This document shows, in pieces, positions 37,043-40,016 of a stretch of DNA of 40,016 nt. The notes beneath the pieces are model-generated. The model did no database searches, was not told where the DNA came from, and saw only the letters and a list, made by a program, of their open reading frames with translations. Within the stretch, counting starts at the first letter, position 1. Each line of letters opens with the position of its first letter. The DNA comes from Sulfolobales archaeon. GTDB lineage: Archaea; Thermoproteota; Thermoprotei_A; Sulfolobales; Sulfolobaceae. The position numbers were made by a program, and so were the translations under genes. The stretch lies in assembly GCA_037444045.1 (NCBI GenBank), contig JBBINF010000002.1:1-40016 (forward strand), given 5' to 3'.

Positions 37043-37963
37043 ATGACTCAGGTGAAAACCGAGACGTATTACAACGTTTTCCCTTGGCACACTAACCACT
37101 TCGGTTCCCTCCACGGAGGGATTTACATGAGCTGGATGATAGACACTGCAGGCATACTCATGTCCAGCATAAGCCAAGGGAACTACTTATTGGCGTCTGT
37201 AGACTACATTTACCTGTTTAAGCCAGCTAGGTTAGGGGACGTGCTAAGGGTTGAGGCTAAGGCTACCGCTAGCTGGAAGAGCTCTGTGGAAATTGAGGTC
37301 AAAACTTGTATCAAGAGAGGCGACAAGGAGGAGTTAGCTGCAGCGTCCCTTATGACTTACGTGGCAGTGGACGAGAATAATAGGCCTAGAAAACTAAACA
37401 TAATCATCCCCCCAGACTCCGAAGCTGAGGAAAGGAGGTTAAAGAGGTTAGAAAGGAAGAAGGCCATGGATCCTGAGGAGCCTTCCAAGTTTGCCACGTT
37501 CTACAAGAACTACATTAGAACAATTTACCCTGAACACGGATTCGGTAATGGCATCTTGTACGCTGGAAAGATGTACACAATGTTAGACGAGGCGTTAGCG
37601 ATAGTCGCTAAGCTTTACACTAAGGGCAACACGTTCACTGCCTCGGTTGGCCCAGCAGACTTCATATCCCCAGTTAGGATAGGAGACATCCTGGAAATCC
37701 AGGGTTTCGTGCAATACACTGGTAACACTTCGCTTGACGTAGGAGGGAAGGTATATGCGATTAACCATTACACTGGAGAGAAAAGGTTGGTAACTACAAC
37801 TTCGTTTTCCTTTGTCGCCATTGATGATAACGCTAAACCGAGGCCAATACCTAAGCTGACTCCTACAACCGAAAAGGAGAAGATCCTCTTCGAGTTGTCC
37901 GCTAAGGAGAGAGAGGAGAGAATAAAGACCTCCAAGAAGCTTCAAGAGAAGCTGATATGCTGA
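37043..37963 (+). CDS. acyl-CoA thioesterase (double hotdog fold)
   Basis: [16 protein letters not shown] and [14 protein letters not shown] repeats, each ending (Y/F)VA(V/I)D. Confidence 0.9.
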   Translation: MTQVKTETYYNVFPWHTNHFGSLHGGIYMSWMIDTAGILMSSISQGNYLLASVDYIYLFKPARLGDVLRVEAKATASWKSSVEIEVKTCIKRGDKEELAAASLMTYVAVDENNRPRKLNIIIPPDSEAEERRLKRLERKKAMDPEEPSKFATFYKNYIRTIYPEHGFGNGILYAGKMYTMLDEALAIVAKLYTKGNTFTASVGPADFISPVRIGDILEIQGFVQYTGNTSLDVGGKVYAINHYTGEKRLVTTTSFSFVAIDDNAKPRPIPKLTPTTEKEKILFELSAKEREERIKTSKKLQEKLIC

Positions 37964-38466
37964 CCTATACCCTTCCCTATTACATGAGAAGTCCTTATCG
38001 GCTCAGGGTATTTTGTGAACACTTGATAGTATTCTATTATTTCCTTTACCAACGAGAGATCTAGGTCTGTATTTACGTAAATGTTACCTTTCCTTGTGGG
38101 AATCTGGACAAGAGAGTACAGGAAAGACATTATTTTCTCCCTCCTTTCCGGGAAGTACTTCTTTAAGGCCTCGTCTATTTCCCTAGTGTTTGGCCTCCTA
38201 CCGTAGAACACAATGTAGTTATTCTTGGGTATAATGTAGTTAAACCCTCCCACAATAATGCTGAAAAGTATGGTCACATCGCCCTTCCTAAGTCTTTCGT
38301 AGGCCTCTGTGCCGTCTTCTCCATCTACAGTAATGAAGTCCACGTCCACGTCAACTAACTTAAGCCCCTTGTACGTGGAGGAAACGAGAGGGGCCTTTCC
38401 TCTTTTCCCCTTGTAGTGCACAGGGAAGTACCCGTCATCCACCCCAGAGACTAGAAACTCTCTCAT
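37942..38466 (-). CDS. DUF99 family protein (endonuclease V-like fold)
   Basis: GVDDG, ITVDG.D.T, GGFN, PEPIR.SH. Confidence 0.8.
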   Translation of the reverse strand: MREFLVSGVDDGYFPVHYKGKRGKAPLVSSTYKGLKLVDVDVDFITVDGEDGTEAYERLRKGDVTILFSIIVGGFNYIIPKNNYIVFYGRRPNTREIDEALKKYFPERREKIMSFLYSLVQIPTRKGNIYVNTDLDLSLVKEIIEYYQVFTKYPEPIRTSHVIGKGIGQHISFS

Positions 38467-39625
38467 CGTTTTCCACCAGCGCCTTTACCGCTATCTCTTT
38501 ATCTACCGCGATAGTTACTTCCTTAGTCTTACCATATCTCCCGCGGTTGACTACCCTTGCAGTTATTATGCCCACCATGTCGAGCTCGTTGATTATATCA
38601 CTTACCCTTCTCTGGGTAACCACCTCCATTCCAAGCCGTTGAACTAGCTCCTTGTATCTATCGTAGACCTCGCCAGTAGTCAACATTTCCTTTTCCTTGA
38701 GTCCTTGAAGGATCGCGGTCAAAACCAATTTAGAGTGAAATGGTAAACTAGAGATCACCTCGTACACCCTATCCCTCTCTATTTCCACTCTAGCCTTTTC
38801 CACGTGTTCTTCTGTGACCACGCTAGCTCTCTCCCTCTCAGCTATTTCTCCTGCAACCCTTAGGAGGTCTAACGCTCTCCTAGCGTCTCCGTGATCCCTA
38901 GCTGCAAGGGCTGCACACAACTTGATTATGGAGTCAGATACAACGTTTTCCCTAAAGGCCATTCTTGCTCTTCTCATAAGTATGTCCTCTAGCTCCTCGG
39001 CATTGTAAGGGGGGAAAACTATCTCCTCTTCGCTAAGACTACTCCTTACCCTTGGATCCAAATTATCTATGAACTTAACGTCGTTAGTTATCCCTATGAG
39101 GGAGACCTTGCTCTTTCTTATTTCAGAATTTATCCTCGTTAGCTTGTAGAGGACGTCATCTCCATGCTTCTTTACCATTGCATCTATCTCGTCTAAGACT
39201 ATAACAAAGATTGTATTAGCAGAGGAGAACGCTCTTATCATCCTGCGGTAAAGTTCTGCAGTTGAGATCCCGGTAAACGGGACTTTCTCCCCCAATCCCT
39301 CAATAATATCTGCCAGAACTCTGTAAGGCGTATCGCTCTGCCTTGCGTTCACGTAAACGTAGAGGAAGTTCTTAAGCCTTTCCATGAGGGCTTTCAGGAC
39401 GAACTTGGTAACGGCGGTCTTTCCAGTCCCCGTAAGACCGTAAATAAATACATTACTCGGCCTCTCACCTCTATACAACTGCGCTAATATACTCGCTAAC
39501 CTCCTTATTTGATCTTCCCTATGTGGTAGCTCGCTGGGAACATAGTCAGGCAATAGAAGTTCCCTGTTCTTGAAGATTGGGGAAGACTTCACGGTGTTTA
39601 GGACATCGTCTATAATGCTACTCAT
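38435..39625 (-). CDS. cdc6-1: Orc1/Cdc6 replication initiator (Cdc6-1/Orc1-1)
   Basis: LPHRE, Walker A GLTGTGKT, Walker [23 protein letters not shown], winged helix GRYGKT; adjacent to ORBs. Confidence 0.97.
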   Translation of the reverse strand: MSSIIDDVLNTVKSSPIFKNRELLLPDYVPSELPHREDQIRRLASILAQLYRGERPSNVFIYGLTGTGKTAVTKFVLKALMERLKNFLYVYVNARQSDTPYRVLADIIEGLGEKVPFTGISTAELYRRMIRAFSSANTIFVIVLDEIDAMVKKHGDDVLYKLTRINSEIRKSKVSLIGITNDVKFIDNLDPRVRSSLSEEEIVFPPYNAEELEDILMRRARMAFRENVVSDSIIKLCAALAARDHGDARRALDLLRVAGEIAERERASVVTEEHVEKARVEIERDRVYEVISSLPFHSKLVLTAILQGLKEKEMLTTGEVYDRYKELVQRLGMEVVTQRRVSDIINELDMVGIITARVVNRGRYGKTKEVTIAVDKEIAVKALVENDERVSSLWGG

Positions 39626-39687
39626 TTGTTACTAAGGTTCCGCGAGTCTACTTAAAAGGGAAAACCCTTTAACTCCCCGGTAAATGA

Positions 39688-39707
39688 CCCCTCTATTTCC
39701 ACTGGAG
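39688..39707 (-). repeat. ORB1 (origin recognition box)
   Basis: Minus strand CTCCAGTGGAAATAGAGGGG. Confidence 0.9.
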
Positions 39708-39728
39708 AACGTAAGGCAAGCTGAGGCA

Positions 39729-39748
39729 CCCCTCTGTTTCCACTGGAG
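39729..39748 (-). repeat. ORB2 (origin recognition box)
   Basis: Minus strand CTCCAGTGGAAACAGAGGGG. Confidence 0.92.
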
Positions 39749-39849
39749 ACTCACACTAATGCGGAAGCTAAGGTGACGTATATGAACTGAATTTGTATAA
39801 TGAGTATATCAAGTAAAGAGTTACTAGTATTCAAGAGAGTAAATATAAT

Positions 39850-39869
39850 CTCCAGTGGAAACAGAGGGG
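39850..39869 (+). repeat. ORB3 (origin recognition box, inverted)
   Basis: CTCCAGTGGAAACAGAGGGG, exact inverted copy of ORB2. Confidence 0.92.
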
Positions 39870-39940
39870 GAAGGATCTAGTTAGTGAGGTTTAAAGTAGA
39901 GGGAAAGTTTTATTATGAGTTTTACATCAGATTTCGTAGT

Positions 39941-40014
<74 letters not shown>

Positions 40015-40016
40015 CT

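Larger units (their letters stand above)
39688..39869. other. chromosomal replication origin (oriC1 type)
   Basis: Three ORB elements upstream of cdc6, with an AT-rich spacer (about 39775..39849) between the inverted ORB2 and ORB3. Confidence 0.93.

Noticed and set aside
39688-39869. CRISPR mini-array or MITE terminal repeats
   Set aside because: Only three copies, one inverted, matching the ORB consensus and adjacent to cdc6; no cas gene, transposase or target-site duplication

Overview
A core-genome window from a crenarchaeon of the order Sulfolobales, inferred from gene content and order, the unsplit rpoB, tandem purP paralogues, and cdc6-1 next to ORB boxes. From left to right it holds: a tRNA cluster (Gln, Asp, intron-containing Ser); the rpoH-rpoB-rpoA1-rpoA2-rpl30e-nusA-rps12-(DUF151)-rps7-tuf-rps10 cluster on the minus strand; malic enzyme; aIF5B/ndk/rpl24e/rps28e/upp/cdd/gatB; an uncharacterised overlapping trio (HTH-PRTase, degenerate MBL-fold protein, and a 54-aa 8-Cys microprotein absent from the ORF track); tetraether lipid synthase Tes; thiL; intron-containing tRNA-Thr; purB/purP/purP/purA; an FAD/Fe-S oxidoreductase; fused AhbAB; pheA; ilvA; HIT; radA; a NOP2/Sun methyltransferase and its partner; CYTH-DUF62-nadM-thioesterase; DUF99; cdc6-1; the replication origin oriC1 with three ORBs; and tRNA-Ala. 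I saw no mobile elements, CRISPR arrays or inteins. The most striking anomaly is pheA. Its intact ~259-codon frame has no in-frame ATG/GTG/TTG at the 5' end, and the SD-preceded ATG opens a 5-codon ORF (M-E-F-I-I-stop) with a Phe codon exactly where a -1 shift would enter pheA. This is either a 1-nt indel or a candidate Phe-sensing frameshift.
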